DNA of 64,000 nt from Promethearchaeia archaeon (GCA_029856145.1 JAHQWK010000001.1:32001-96000); one strand, 5' to 3'; shown: positions 9,345 through 18,398, counted from the first letter of the stretch. Notes: generated by a model not told the origin, from the letters alone. Made by a program: numbers and translations.

Positions 9345-10025
9345 TTGACAATTATTTTTCATTTTTGGTTTAGTTCCTTCGCATATTTTTTACCACTCGC
9401 TATGTATACCGCATATACAATCGCCTTTAATGTTTTTTTAATTAATGCAAGTAAAGAGAAAGATCGCGAAACATTACATAAAAACCTCTTGAAAATTGCA
9501 GCGATCGTTAACATTATCAACACAGGAATTTTGTTTTTTTTTCCAGTAGGTGCTACCACTTATAGTGCTACTGAGCAGGAAAGGGTGATACTTAATGTTC
9601 TCATTTATATAATCCCACCATTAATAACTTTTATTCCTAATATCTTTTCGTATGGTGTAGTTTTTTTAATCTATGGCTATAAAAATAGAACACAAATTGG
9701 AAATTATCTTCTGTACACCGGCATTTTTTGGCTTTTTTTTACGACTTGGGCTTCTCTTTCTCTATTCTCGCCATTGGGGCGTGTGCCCTACTTACCATTC
9801 TTGTTAAATGACATTTTTAACTTTCCAAACCCCAGTATTTATATGATACTAGTACAAATTTTAGCAGTTGGTTATGGTTTTAGTTCATTCGCAAATATCT
9901 TTCTACTAATTCATGCTTTTGTAAACAAAGATCAATCATTAAAAATCGCTGGATTAATCTTTTTGATTGGAAATATGACAATTGGGCTTAGCCTTATTCC
10001 ATCTTACATTTCATTGTGGTTATAA
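9345..10025 (+). CDS. Hypothetical polytopic membrane protein
   Basis: About 6 hydrophobic segments; GGGGAAG upstream of the TTG start; flanked by the 140-bp direct repeats. Confidence 0.75.
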   Translation: MTIIFHFWFSSFAYFLPLAMYTAYTIAFNVFLINASKEKDRETLHKNLLKIAAIVNIINTGILFFFPVGATTYSATEQERVILNVLIYIIPPLITFIPNIFSYGVVFLIYGYKNRTQIGNYLLYTGIFWLFFTTWASLSLFSPLGRVPYLPFLLNDIFNFPNPSIYMILVQILAVGYGFSSFANIFLLIHAFVNKDQSLKIAGLIFLIGNMTIGLSLIPSYISLWL

Positions 10026-10045
10026 AATGGTAATTGGATTAAAAA

Positions 10046-10185
10046 CTTATTATATGCTTCATTTTGTGTTTTGTAATCCATCTTAAGTTTAGAATAAGAA
10101 TAAGGAATAAGAATCTGATCATAATAATTTATTAAAAATTGATAAAAATTGGATTAAATGAAAAGTAAAAATAGGTTTTTATTTT
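10046..10185. repeat. 140-bp direct repeat, copy 2 (truncated HEAT-gene start MDYKTQNEAYNK)
   Basis: Matches 9019-9158; minus-strand ATG at 10081 corresponds to ATG 9054. Confidence 0.9.
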
Positions 10186-10329
10186 GGTTTTTAATAGTCT
10201 TTTTAGGAAGTTTTTATAAATGAAATATAAGGTTTTCTAGATTTATTTTATTGAATCACCCATTTAACCTTAAAAAATTTATAACTTAGAACCTAAACTT
10301 TTTTTATCATTTGTGTTTATTTTTTTAGT

Positions 10330-10623
10330 ATGGAATCAAAAACACCAATAGTAATTACCAAAGAAGATTGTCACAGGTGTCATGAATTAAAAGAATGGCT
10401 TGATGAACGGGATGTTAGATACATTGAACGAGATATAAATGACGAGGAATTTGTTCATGAATTACTTCATGATGACAATTTTTTAAAGACATTTTGCGAT
10501 GCTGACGGATGTATTGTGAATACTCCAGTAGTAATTCATAAAGGAAAATACTGGTTTAAAGAACTCTGGGGTATTTCTGGTCTTAGAGAGAAAGAAGCAA
10601 AAAAGCTATTCGGAGTAAAATAA
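10330..10623 (+). CDS. Glutaredoxin-like protein
   Basis: CHRC motif, NTP cis-Pro and an extra CDADGC pair. Confidence 0.8.
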   Translation: MESKTPIVITKEDCHRCHELKEWLDERDVRYIERDINDEEFVHELLHDDNFLKTFCDADGCIVNTPVVIHKGKYWFKELWGISGLREKEAKKLFGVK

Positions 10624-10706
10624 TTTTTTTTAACATTCTTTAATTTTTTATTATATAAATTTTCTACCTTTCAAAATCTAACTATTTTTTAAGTAAAAAT
10701 TTCAAT

Positions 10707-10770
10707 TTATATAACCATCTTTCCACATACAGAACAAATTTTTTGTTCTTTTGTAAGTTCATCTTCATCT
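10707..10770 (-). pseudogene. Orphan half zinc-ribbon C-terminus
   Basis: Reads DEDELTKEQKICSVCGKMVI* out of frame with, and just after, the upstream gene; homologous to that gene's ELPPGQAVCHVCGKKI* tail. Confidence 0.55.
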
Positions 10771-10773
10771 TTT

Positions 10774-11934
10774 CTATATTTTCTTCCCACAGACATGACA
10801 AACTGCTTGGCCTGGCGGGAGTTCAGCACCACAATGCTTGCAATATGGTTTATCTTTTAAGATATCTATGGTAATAGGTCGTTTGGTTTGTGGTTCCCCC
10901 GCTAGTCCTAGATCTCCAGGTGGAGTAGGGGGCTTGAAGACATAAGGATATGGAAGATCTCCACCTTCACCATCACTTTTTTCAGTAGAAATTACTGAAA
11001 TATGCTTATAGCGTTCATCAGATTTGATAAATTGATAAAACTCATATATATTAAGTCCTGGCATCATTGGATTCAGAAAAATTATAGCAATATCATTATA
11101 TCTTTCCTCTATAAGTTTTAATGTTTCATTTACACTACTACACGTAATAGTTTCAAAATCTTCTAATTTTAAGAACTTCTCAGTAAGATCTTCTAATTTT
11201 AAGAACTTCTCAGTAAGATCTTCTAATTTTAAGAACTTCTCAGTAAGATTCAAAATATCTGGCTCATTGTCAATTATGAGAATTGTATTTCTAACAAATT
11301 CCTTAAAAAATAAACATATTCTTTTATTTTTTAATAAGAATGCTATCTTATCTTCTTCTATTTTTTCCCTAGTTGCTTCAATTAGTGCCCAGTATAAATT
11401 CATAACCCACTCGCGTATTGAAGACTCGTTCTTTATTATGCTTTTTTGATCTTCTTCATCAAAATTATTTACATCATTTATATAAAATGCCTTAAATATC
11501 TCTTTATTTGACTGTAGCTGATCTGAAAATTCAGTACATAATTGTGATATTTTCTCTTCCACTTCTGTAGGGATTTGTTGATCAAGAATTAATGAAACCA
11601 TCACCATTTCTTTTTTACCTCGAGCCCACTCCGAGTTTAATTGAAAATAATAGTTCAACAATTTTACATTATCGAAAGATTGGGTCAAGAATTCTTCCTT
11701 ACTCGGTTGGTCCATGACATCATATATAGTAGCGGATAATGCTTTATCCAACTGTTTTTTTGGAAATGAATAAAATATTGATGGACCGATTTTGCGATTA
11801 AAATATGATAAAACGATAATTGTCTTGCCTACTCCTTCAGGAAACAATTGGTAACCCTTAACACATACGATTCTAGCTCCGGGATTCTGCTTTAGGAGTT
11901 CAATTAATGCGTTTAATATATCATCCCATCTCAT
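10774..11934 (-). CDS. uDENN/longin-like domain + pseudo-receiver + C-terminal zinc ribbon fusion
   Basis: SYFNRKIGPSIFYSFP and SEWARGKKEMVMVSLI; receiver-like ILIIDNEPD...IIFLNPMMPG; CKHC...CHVC. Confidence 0.7.
   Translation of the reverse strand: MRWDDILNALIELLKQNPGARIVCVKGYQLFPEGVGKTIIVLSYFNRKIGPSIFYSFPKKQLDKALSATIYDVMDQPSKEEFLTQSFDNVKLLNYYFQLNSEWARGKKEMVMVSLILDQQIPTEVEEKISQLCTEFSDQLQSNKEIFKAFYINDVNNFDEEDQKSIIKNESSIREWVMNLYWALIEATREKIEEDKIAFLLKNKRICLFFKEFVRNTILIIDNEPDILNLTEKFLKLEDLTEKFLKLEDLTEKFLKLEDFETITCSSVNETLKLIEERYNDIAIIFLNPMMPGLNIYEFYQFIKSDERYKHISVISTEKSDGEGGDLPYPYVFKPPTPPGDLGLAGEPQTKRPITIDILKDKPYCKHCGAELPPGQAVCHVCGKKI
11158..11249. repeat. Perfect 30-bp in-frame tandem repeat, about 3 copies (LTEKFLKLED)
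   Basis: Unit ATCTTCTAATTTTAAGAACTTCTCAGTAAG repeated three times with no spacers. Confidence 0.97.
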
Positions 11935-11940
11935 AATTTT

Positions 11941-12048
11941 CTAACCAACCCTTTTTCCACATACATGGCAGATTGTTTGTTCCGCTGGGAGTTCAGCACC
12001 ACAATGCCTACAATTGAGTAGTAGTATACCGCAATTTTCACAATACAT
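11941..12048 (-). CDS. Small zinc-ribbon peptide (35 aa) or gene remnant
   Basis: Manual: MYCENCGILLLNCRHCGAELPAEQTICHVCGKRVG*; near copy of the zinc ribbon at 10774-10850. Confidence 0.6.
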   Translation of the reverse strand: MYCENCGILLLNCRHCGAELPAEQTICHVCGKRVG

Positions 12049-12227
12049 AATTTACTCGAAGTCGTTAAATTTACACCCATTTGAAATATTTGTAAAACAA
12101 ACCTCTATGCAAGATCAAATAATTATGGTTTTATAAATATTACAATTGTGTCAGAATTTGTAAAATTTAGATAAGTGGAGAGTGTACTAAATTGATTTTA
12201 GAAAGTTAAAATGTTTAATATTATAAC

Positions 12228-12827
12228 TCATTTTTTAAAATCTGCCATTCTTTTTATTACTTTTCGGATGGTTCTTAACCCTTCTTCATCTTTTTCAATG
12301 CCTTCTTTTCCCAAGTCTCTACTCCATAAACCAGCACCCAGATTTGCTCCAAAAGCGCCACCAGATACTGGTATAATATGATTTTGTTGATAAAAATCTA
12401 AAATGCTTCTTATAGCAATTTCTTGTCCTCCGCTTCTGTCTCCCCCAACAGCCAATGCTGCTCCTATTTTGTTTTTAAATACATTAGGATTCTTAGCAAT
12501 TATAGCACGACACCGATCCATTACTGTTTTTAGTTGACCTGATAAATTACCTTGAAATATTGGAGTACCGTATAGATAGAATTTAGCTTCTTCCAATTTA
12601 GAATAAAGATCTTCCATATCATCCTTATTGACACAACCTTTTTTCTCTCGAATACAATAATCGCAATGAAGGCAGAAATTAATTTTTTTATTTCTAACAC
12701 TCCAAAACTCTGTGTCAAAACTATATTTTTCAGAAGCATAGTTTAAGGCATACTTGATAGCATATTCGGTGCCCTGCTTTCTTGGACTTCCACATATTCC
12801 TAAAAGTAGATTCTTCTTTTCGACCAT
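12228..12827 (-). CDS. Iron-sulfur flavoprotein (Isf)/flavodoxin-fold NAD(P)H-dependent FMN reductase family
   Basis: GSPR, CLHCDYC...C, DDM, TPIF, MDRC and GGDRSGGQE motifs. Confidence 0.9.
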   Translation of the reverse strand: MVEKKNLLLGICGSPRKQGTEYAIKYALNYASEKYSFDTEFWSVRNKKINFCLHCDYCIREKKGCVNKDDMEDLYSKLEEAKFYLYGTPIFQGNLSGQLKTVMDRCRAIIAKNPNVFKNKIGAALAVGGDRSGGQEIAIRSILDFYQQNHIIPVSGGAFGANLGAGLWSRDLGKEGIEKDEEGLRTIRKVIKRMADFKK

Positions 12828-12914
12828 AATAATGCATTTAACTTGCTTTTATTAATAATTAATCATTATTGTATAAAATAAAAGTTTTAAAATCTAAAAT
12901 CCTAATATTAAAAG

Positions 12915-13568
12915 ATGGATGCAACTAGACCGAGCTTAGCTAGAATTAAGATTAAGTTTCCGGATCAGATATGGATTTCTGAAATTTTTAAGAACTATCA
13001 TGATATAAAAATGGAAATTTCCTATTTTCTGCCTTATGATCTTGAGAAGTCCATCGGAAATAGTCTAATTGAGATTTTACATTACGATATCGATTCTATT
13101 ATAGAAGAAATTAGGAATCATCCTTCTGTTTTCGAGTTAAGTGTATTAGAGAAGAAACAAAACAAAGTTAAATTTAACGTGAAAACAAAAGATCCTTATT
13201 TATTATATGCGATAATAAAATGTGGAGTCCTTATTGACTTCCCAGTAAGAGTTGAGGATGGATTTGCATATTGGAGGTTGATATCGAGTAGAGAACGAAT
13301 AGATGAATTATTAACACTTTTTGAAGAAAAAAACATTAATTTTGAGTTATTAAGAATTGGATTATCTCCATACACTATTGAAGAGGATAAAAGTAAATTA
13401 ACATTTGATGAATCAAGTATACTTGATAAGGCTATCTCTTTAGGTTTTTTTGAAATTCCAAGAAAAATTTCTTTAGAAGAATTAGCTAACGAAATAGGCA
13501 AATCTAAATCAGCATTATCCGTAATGCTTAGAAAAATAATTAAAAAGAAAGTCTTATTCGAAAAATAA
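12915..13568 (+). CDS. Bacterio-opsin activator-like (HTH_10) transcriptional regulator
   Basis: C-terminal AISLGFFEIPRKISLEELANEIGKSKSALSVMLRK. Confidence 0.88.
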   Translation: MDATRPSLARIKIKFPDQIWISEIFKNYHDIKMEISYFLPYDLEKSIGNSLIEILHYDIDSIIEEIRNHPSVFELSVLEKKQNKVKFNVKTKDPYLLYAIIKCGVLIDFPVRVEDGFAYWRLISSRERIDELLTLFEEKNINFELLRIGLSPYTIEEDKSKLTFDESSILDKAISLGFFEIPRKISLEELANEIGKSKSALSVMLRKIIKKKVLFEK

Positions 13569-13591
13569 TAAATAAAAAATATAAAAAAAAT

Positions 13592-14377
13592 TTATACCCA
13601 TTCTTCTTTTAAAATATTTCCTTGTATGCCCACGACAACATATTTTATTGGAACTTTTCGGTTTGCTCTTTTAGCTCCTTCTTGAGCTAAAGCTAATAAA
13701 CCAGAACAACAAGGGACTTCCATAATAGCAACTGTAAGTGTATTTATTTTTGCTTCATCAATTAAAGATTTAATTTTTTCTATGTAAACTTCTTTACCTT
13801 GGTCGAGTTTCGGACAAGCAATTGCTATGGATTTCTGTTTTAGGAAGTCTCTATGAAAATCTCCGTATGAAAATCCCACACAATCTGCCGAAAGGAGTAC
13901 ATCTGCTCCTTGGTAATAGGGTGCTCTAGGATTGATTAAATGCATTTGAACAGGCCATTGTCGTAGAGCTGAAGGTATCTTTCCAGTTACTTCTGTTTGC
14001 GTTTCCGTCTCCTCAAAAACCATTGTTTGAGCAGAAGGACAACCACATTGGTGGGTGTGCTCAGTAAGAATTTCTTTTATTTGTTCCGTTTCAGTTTGTT
14101 CATTATGTTTCATAGATTCTAAATGTTTCTCAACAGCTTCTTCATCGAACTCTAAAGCTTCTCTTTCGATTATTTCAAGCGCGCCCTCAGGACAACCAGA
14201 AATGCACGCACCAAGACCATCGCAGAATACTTCATTTATAACCCTAGCTTTTCCATCGATTACTTTTAAAGCTCCCTCTGCACAATCTACCACACAATTT
14301 CCGCATCCTGTACAAAGATCTTCATCAATCTTGATGATTTTTCTTTTTACTGCTTCATATTGTTTTGTTTCAGTCAT
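13592..14377 (-). CDS. 4Fe-4S dicluster protein (FrdX-like, usually hcp-associated)
   Basis: CTGCGNC...C and CDGLGAC...CP, plus WPVQMHL, ADC, CPKLD and MEVPCC. Confidence 0.85.
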   Translation of the reverse strand: MTETKQYEAVKRKIIKIDEDLCTGCGNCVVDCAEGALKVIDGKARVINEVFCDGLGACISGCPEGALEIIEREALEFDEEAVEKHLESMKHNEQTETEQIKEILTEHTHQCGCPSAQTMVFEETETQTEVTGKIPSALRQWPVQMHLINPRAPYYQGADVLLSADCVGFSYGDFHRDFLKQKSIAIACPKLDQGKEVYIEKIKSLIDEAKINTLTVAIMEVPCCSGLLALAQEGAKRANRKVPIKYVVVGIQGNILKEEWV

Positions 14378-14417
14378 GATTAAATCAAATGGAAGTGATT
14401 ATATATTTTTAATTTCG

Positions 14418-14427
14418 AACATGTTCA
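14418..14427 (-). promoter_or_regulatory. Candidate operator TGAACATGTT upstream of the FrdX-like gene
   Basis: Palindromic core GAACATGTTC about 11 nt upstream of a TATA-like element; identical 10-mer at 16514-16523. Confidence 0.5.
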
Positions 14428-14537
14428 AATAGAAACGTGAGATAGGCTCACGAAAAGTATTCTGCAAAATGAAAAATATATTCTACTAAACAGCTTAAAA
14501 CCAATGAATATAAGAAAATAAATTTTTTTTTTATTAA

Positions 14538-16442
14538 TTAAATACCTAATTTTTCCCTATTCTTCTCAATATGGGCTAGCATTGCATCGACGGCTTGAAT
14601 TGGATCAGTTTCAACATGCAATATTCCACCTGTTAAATCTTTACAATCTTCGGTTAAGAGTTTAACTAAATCGGTACCTCCAGTGACTGTAGGTACTGGA
14701 TTGACATATGTATATAGACCAAATGCTAAAGCGAATATAGCATCAATCGTGGCTTTCTGCTCCATATATTCTGGAGCTGCTGCTACTACTGGTAAATCTG
14801 AAATTGGTACGCCACCAAGTGCAGCAGAGATAGCTCCTATCAAATCGGCAACTCTACCTGTATCTGTGCATGTTCCATAACTAAGAACTGGAGGAATACC
14901 TAATTTTTCACAAACAGCTTTAAGTCCAGGTCCAGCCATATCCTTTGCTTCTGGTACACATAATCCTCCAACTTGTAAAGCACCGTTACCGCACCCCATT
15001 GATAATACCAAAACATCTCTTTTAATTAATTCTTTAGCCACTTGAATTGTATGCACATCTTGTCCATAATCTCTAAGTGTAGTACAAGATATTAATCCGG
15101 CAATTCCTCGAATAGTGCCATTTTTAATTACATCTAGTAATGGATCAAGTGTCCCTCCAAGAGCAGCAAGAATACTTTCACTCGAAAATCCAACTACAGC
15201 TTCATTCATGTCTAAACCCATAATAGGTTCCACACTTGCTTTACGTTCCTTGAAATTATCAATTGCCATTTGAATTAATGTCGCTGCTTGCGCTTCAGCT
15301 TTTTCAGGTTTATAATCCACTCGTTCAGTTATGCCCTCAAAAACCACGACTTCTGAAACCGGAATTAACTTGAATTTATATTTTTCAGCATATATAGGGT
15401 CAATTGGCATACAACAATTCATATCACAGATAAAGGCATCAATGCAGCCACTTGCCAAAATTGCTTCTTGCATAATCCAATTTCCTGTAAATCCATAAAA
15501 AACATCATCCATTTCCCATCTTTGTATCATTTCTTGTCCAGTCTCAATATTTGCTAGAATTCTTAATCCTTTTGCCCCAACTGCCTTCGCCTTTTCTTGC
15601 CATTCAGATTTTCGTGCAAGCTGGACCATTGCAAATCCTAGAAATGGTTCATGCCCATTTGGAAGTATGTTTACATAATCTGGGTCTAATACTCCTAGAT
15701 TAACTCTCATTTTATGTGGTCTGGGAATATTAAATAAAATATCCTGAGTGAATTCATTAACAATTTGGCTTTGATAAGCCATCGCAATCCCAAGCCTCAT
15801 TGCTTTAAGAGCTAAACTTGCATAATATCCATCAACATTTGTAAGGCAAGAGCTTGTTGAGAACATCATTTCACCATAAATTCCGCCTGGGAATATTCCT
15901 AATTTTTTCCATACTTCTTGTCTTTCGGGTGGTGCTAATTTCTCAACAATTTTACTTTGTTCATCATAAGGTATATTAAAATCTTCCTTTGCAAAATTAT
16001 ATAATCTAAGTGCAATATCTTTTTCTGAACCATACGTATCTAAACCAAGACGCCCAACAAAACTTTTTAGTTTCTCGGGTTCAGAAATTTTAAAAGGAGT
16101 TAGACCTTCTACCGTTGCCTTTAAGGTTTTTAAAGTTGTTTCAGTATGATAATGATAAGTAGATGCCCCCATTACATTTCTAAGAAGCATCATTCGCATT
16201 GCCATTCCATCCGCGGTAATTCCACATACACCACGTTTATCTATTGATGAGTCAGCTCTACATGGACCATTAGAACATAAATCACAACGAGCCCCTTTTA
16301 AACAAAATGGACATCGTTTATCAGGATCTCCTCCAAAACCTTGTGCTTCAAATCGATCCCAGATATTATTCATACCATCTTTTTTAATTCTCTCATAAAC
16401 TTTTTGAACAGATTTATGATAAGAAATTCTTTCGTTTTCCAT
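14538..16442 (-). CDS. cooS: Ni-CODH family protein (CooS), atypical Glu-substituted form
   Basis: CPFC...CDLCSNGPC...GVCG, NGHEP, IETGQE, DMNC, SCTT, GCG, GTCTD and EQKA motifs. Confidence 0.92.
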   Translation of the reverse strand: MENERISYHKSVQKVYERIKKDGMNNIWDRFEAQGFGGDPDKRCPFCLKGARCDLCSNGPCRADSSIDKRGVCGITADGMAMRMMLLRNVMGASTYHYHTETTLKTLKATVEGLTPFKISEPEKLKSFVGRLGLDTYGSEKDIALRLYNFAKEDFNIPYDEQSKIVEKLAPPERQEVWKKLGIFPGGIYGEMMFSTSSCLTNVDGYYASLALKAMRLGIAMAYQSQIVNEFTQDILFNIPRPHKMRVNLGVLDPDYVNILPNGHEPFLGFAMVQLARKSEWQEKAKAVGAKGLRILANIETGQEMIQRWEMDDVFYGFTGNWIMQEAILASGCIDAFICDMNCCMPIDPIYAEKYKFKLIPVSEVVVFEGITERVDYKPEKAEAQAATLIQMAIDNFKERKASVEPIMGLDMNEAVVGFSSESILAALGGTLDPLLDVIKNGTIRGIAGLISCTTLRDYGQDVHTIQVAKELIKRDVLVLSMGCGNGALQVGGLCVPEAKDMAGPGLKAVCEKLGIPPVLSYGTCTDTGRVADLIGAISAALGGVPISDLPVVAAAPEYMEQKATIDAIFALAFGLYTYVNPVPTVTGGTDLVKLLTEDCKDLTGGILHVETDPIQAVDAMLAHIEKNREKLGI

Positions 16443-16513
16443 AAATTACCACTTTTTACATATTTTTTAAAATTGATTTCTTTAAAATATAATATCATTT
16501 AAGTTTAAATTTA

Positions 16514-16523
16514 AACATGTTCA
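16514..16523 (-). promoter_or_regulatory. Candidate operator TGAACATGTT in the cooS / oxidoreductase divergent promoter region
   Basis: Same 10-mer as 14418-14427, again about 10 nt upstream of a TATA-like element (CTTAAAT) on the minus strand. Confidence 0.5.
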
Positions 16524-16593
16524 TAAGGGTATTACTTTAAGATTACAATATATAATAAAAACTTTAAAATAAGATGCAAAAACTAATAATTCT

Positions 16594-17946
16594 ATGAAAG
16601 TTGTAATAATAGGGAATAATGTTTCTGGGACTTTTACTGCCCAAAACATAAGAGCTCTCAAGGATGATATAGAAATTGATATATTTACGCAAGAAAGTTA
16701 TCCTTACTATACTAGAGTCAATTTACCAGAATTAATATCAGAAAAAGTTACAATTGATGACTTAGTCGTTTTTAAAGAAGATTGGTATAAAAATAGGCAA
16801 TTAAACTTACACTTAAATAAAAAAGTAAATAAGATCGATTCTAATGCAAAAATAATACAAATTGAGGGTGATAGTATGCCTATTGATTATGATAAACTTA
16901 TTTTAGCACTTGGAAGCGTACCCAATATTCCTCCTATTAAGAACGCGGTTGAAATGAAAGATCAAAAGAAAGGAGTATTCACATTACGAAGTATTGATGA
17001 TGCTTTAGAAATACGAGATTATCTCAAAAAGTCCGCAATTGAAAAAGCTATTATTATTGGTGGAGGTTTACTAGGCTTAGAATTAGCTAATCAAATTAAA
17101 GATTGTAATTTGAATACAACAGTAGTAGAATTCTTTCCTCGATTATTACCAAGACAACTAGATGAAGAATGTGGTGCTATGTTAAAAGAAGAAATTGAAA
17201 ACAGAGGAATCAAAGTAGTTTTAGATGCAGCTACTGAAGAAATATTAGGAAATGGTAGAGTTACAGGAATTAAATTAAAAGGTGGAGAGCAATATGATAC
17301 AGATGTGGTTTTAATCCAAGCAGGTATTAGCCCAACAATAAGATTAGCTAAAGAAGCAAATATCCAAACAAATAGGGGAATTATTGTTAATGATTTTTTA
17401 GAAACCAGTGAAAAAGATATCTACGCTGTTGGTGATTGTATAGAATATAAAAATCAAATTTGGGGTATTATCCCTGCTTGCATGGAACAATCAAAAATAG
17501 TTGCTGCCTCTGTACTTGGGTTAAAAAAAGTAGATTATAAAGGAACAACTCCAAAAAACACGCTTAAAATAGTTGGATTAGAATTAACTTCAATAGGAAT
17601 TATAGATCCTACAAAAGAAGAAGGCGGTGGTTGGGAAATCTTGAAAAAAGCTGATAAAAAAGATTGCTGTTATCAGAAATTAGTGTTAAAAGGGAGTAGA
17701 CTAAAAGGCGCCATTTTATTCGGTGAAAATAAAGCAATTTCTTATGTTTATAATAAAATGGAAGAAGATGTAGATAGGGAAGATTTAAGAAAATTGTTAG
17801 AATTGTATATTTATGTATGTAATAATTGCGGAAAGGAATATGATGAGGCTAAAATGGGCATTCTTTTTAAAGATTTGCCAGAAGATTTCAAATGTCCGGG
17901 ATGTAATGGACCTAAAGAAAAATTTAAGAAAAAAGATAATTCTTAA
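16594..17946 (+). CDS. NAD(P)H:rubredoxin oxidoreductase-like flavoprotein with C-terminal rubredoxin domain
   Basis: FAD and NAD Rossmann motifs (GGGLLGLE, IYAVGD); C-terminal CNNCG...LPEDFKCPGC. Confidence 0.9.
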   Translation: MKVVIIGNNVSGTFTAQNIRALKDDIEIDIFTQESYPYYTRVNLPELISEKVTIDDLVVFKEDWYKNRQLNLHLNKKVNKIDSNAKIIQIEGDSMPIDYDKLILALGSVPNIPPIKNAVEMKDQKKGVFTLRSIDDALEIRDYLKKSAIEKAIIIGGGLLGLELANQIKDCNLNTTVVEFFPRLLPRQLDEECGAMLKEEIENRGIKVVLDAATEEILGNGRVTGIKLKGGEQYDTDVVLIQAGISPTIRLAKEANIQTNRGIIVNDFLETSEKDIYAVGDCIEYKNQIWGIIPACMEQSKIVAASVLGLKKVDYKGTTPKNTLKIVGLELTSIGIIDPTKEEGGGWEILKKADKKDCCYQKLVLKGSRLKGAILFGENKAISYVYNKMEEDVDREDLRKLLELYIYVCNNCGKEYDEAKMGILFKDLPEDFKCPGCNGPKEKFKKKDNS

Positions 17947-17972
17947 ATATATTAATAGAGAGGTGATAAACA

Positions 17973-18122
17973 ATTTCTATATATCGATGTAAGAGATGTA
18001 ATTATCTTTATATTAACGATGAAAAGGATAAACCTTTCGAGGAATTAGATGAAGGAGAATTTAGATGTCCTAAGTGTCGATCTTCAAAAAAATTTTTTGT
18101 GAGGAAAGAATCCCCTTCCTAA
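17973..18122 (+). CDS. Rubredoxin-like protein (49 aa), ATT start
   Basis: Manual: (M)SIYRCKRCNYLYINDEKDKPFEELDEGEFRCPKCRSSKKFFVRKESPS*. In-frame TAA at 17967; GAGGTGA ends 6 nt before the ATT. Confidence 0.75.
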   Translation: MSIYRCKRCNYLYINDEKDKPFEELDEGEFRCPKCRSSKKFFVRKESPS

Positions 18123-18260
18123 TTTTTTTCATTATTATTTAAAGCTTATAAATATTTGAAATGGATTATCTTTATAAAATATTAAATTAATATTTTTAAT
18201 ATATTTTCAATTTAAATCCATAAGAGTCTTCAATTTAATCAATAATAAAGGTGAAAGAAT

Positions 18261-18398
18261 ATGGCAGTTTGGGAATGCACCGCGTGTGGTTATCTCTATG
18301 ATGAGGAAAAAGAAGGAACTAAATGGGAAGACCTCCCTGATGATTGGACATGTCCAGTCTGTGGTGTCGGCAAAGACATGTTCGAAAAAATAAGTTAA
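18261..18398 (+). CDS. Rubredoxin
   Basis: Manual: [45 protein letters not shown]; AGGTGA SD. Missed by the ORF track. Confidence 0.95.
   Translation: MAVWECTACGYLYDEEKEGTKWEDLPDDWTCPVCGVGKDMFEKIS

Noticed and set aside
11158-11249. CRISPR array
   Set aside because: The 30-bp units are contiguous with no spacers, lie in frame inside a gene, and no cas genes are present.
18375-18386. Third copy of the ACATGTTC operator-like motif
   Set aside because: It lies inside the rubredoxin coding sequence (Asp-Met-Phe codons) and is explained by the protein.
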